Shown here: in pieces, positions 63,180-64,000 of the stretch
Numbering within the stretch: the stretch's first letter is position 1
Layout: every line of letters starts with the position of its first letter
Notes under the pieces: model-generated
What the model was told of the DNA's origin: nothing
What the model saw: only the letters and a program-made list of their open reading frames with translations
Database searches by the model: none
NCBI GenBank assembly: GCA_026770705.1
Contig: JANJGN010000100.1
Span: 1,488,001-1,552,000 of the forward strand
DNA length: 64,000 bases
Reading direction: 5' to 3'
Source: Isurus oxyrinchus
Taxonomy: Eukaryota
Position numbers and translations under genes: made by a program

Positions 63180-63895
63180 AAGGGTGTGCAGGGATTCAGG
63201 GAACTGGGGGTTGATGTGCATACACATTTGAAGGCGAAAGGACATATTGAGAGAGCAGTTTGCAAAATAGATGAGATTGTCGGCTTCATAAGCAGATTTA
63301 ATCTGTATAAACGCAGGGAAAAAAAGCTGACCCATTATAAAGCTCTGGTTAGGTCACAACAGGAGTATTGCATCCAGTTCTGGTCTCCACACTTTAGGAA
63401 AGGCGTGAGGGTCCTTGAGAGGATGTGGAGGAGATTTACCAGAATGGTTCCAGGAAAAAGGGAATTCGGTTACAAAGTGAGATTGGAGAAGCTGAAGTTG
63501 TTCTTCTTGGAGTTACAGAGCTGAGGGGAGATTTGTTAGAGGTGAACAAGATTGTGACAGGTTCAGATAAGGTGGACAAAGAAAATGTTGTTTCCATTTG
63601 GTGATGGTACAAGGATTAGGAGGACACAGATTGAAGGTTATGGGCAATAGATACAGGGCAAATGCAGGGAGGAACATTTTACACAACAAGTGGTAATAAC
63701 CCCGAACTCTCTGCCTACGAGCAGGCTGGAAGTAGACATGATCAATGCTTTAAAATTAAATTGGACCAGCATTTAAGAGAAATATGCAGGGGGTTGAAGA
63801 CACTGCGGGGCAATGAGACAGACTGGATTGCTCTACCGAGAGCTGGCATGAACTCAATGGGCTGAAGGGCCTCTTTCTGTGCTGCAATGATTCTG
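63180..63895 (+). mobile_element. CR1-type LINE 3' fragment
   Basis: YKALVRS..EYCIQFWSPHF.K....LER..RRFTRMVPG motif plus a CR1 3' UTR. Confidence 0.85.
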
Positions 63896-64000
63896 ACGCA
63901 TTTGTTTGACCTCTCCTCATAATTTAACCGTTGGAATCCAGTTGTTATTCAGGTACATCTGCACTGCTCTCCCACTAAGGCCAATATAGTTAATCCTTCA

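Overview
Vertebrate (cartilaginous fish, shark-like) genomic DNA, not prokaryotic. 8.3-29.5 kb holds one complete, unrearranged immunoglobulin heavy-chain cluster on the + strand: TATA promoter, leader exon, V-D1-D2-J with 23/12-22/12-12/23 RSSs, four Cmu exons with a secretory tail, and TM1/TM2 exons. All splice phases are consistent and there are no internal stops. The constant region is clearly IgM, but the leader and V segment look IgW-type, which suggests a germline isotype-chimeric cluster. From 33 to 56 kb there is a dense tRNA field built from duplicated and inverted modules: about 3 apparently intact genes (Ser, Asn, Glu) and about 20 decayed copies of Ser/Glu/Lys/Asn/Val/Thr/Leu. A CpG/NRF1/YY1-type promoter follows at about 58.3 kb. 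Throughout there are CR1/L2-like LINE fragments, SINEs and Penelope-like (RT + GIY-YIG) elements with hammerhead-ribozyme-like ends, two of them with clear target-site duplications. N-runs interrupt the microsatellite regions at 14.5-16.2 kb and 25.1-25.6 kb. Family assignments rest on recalled consensus sequences; no searches were run.
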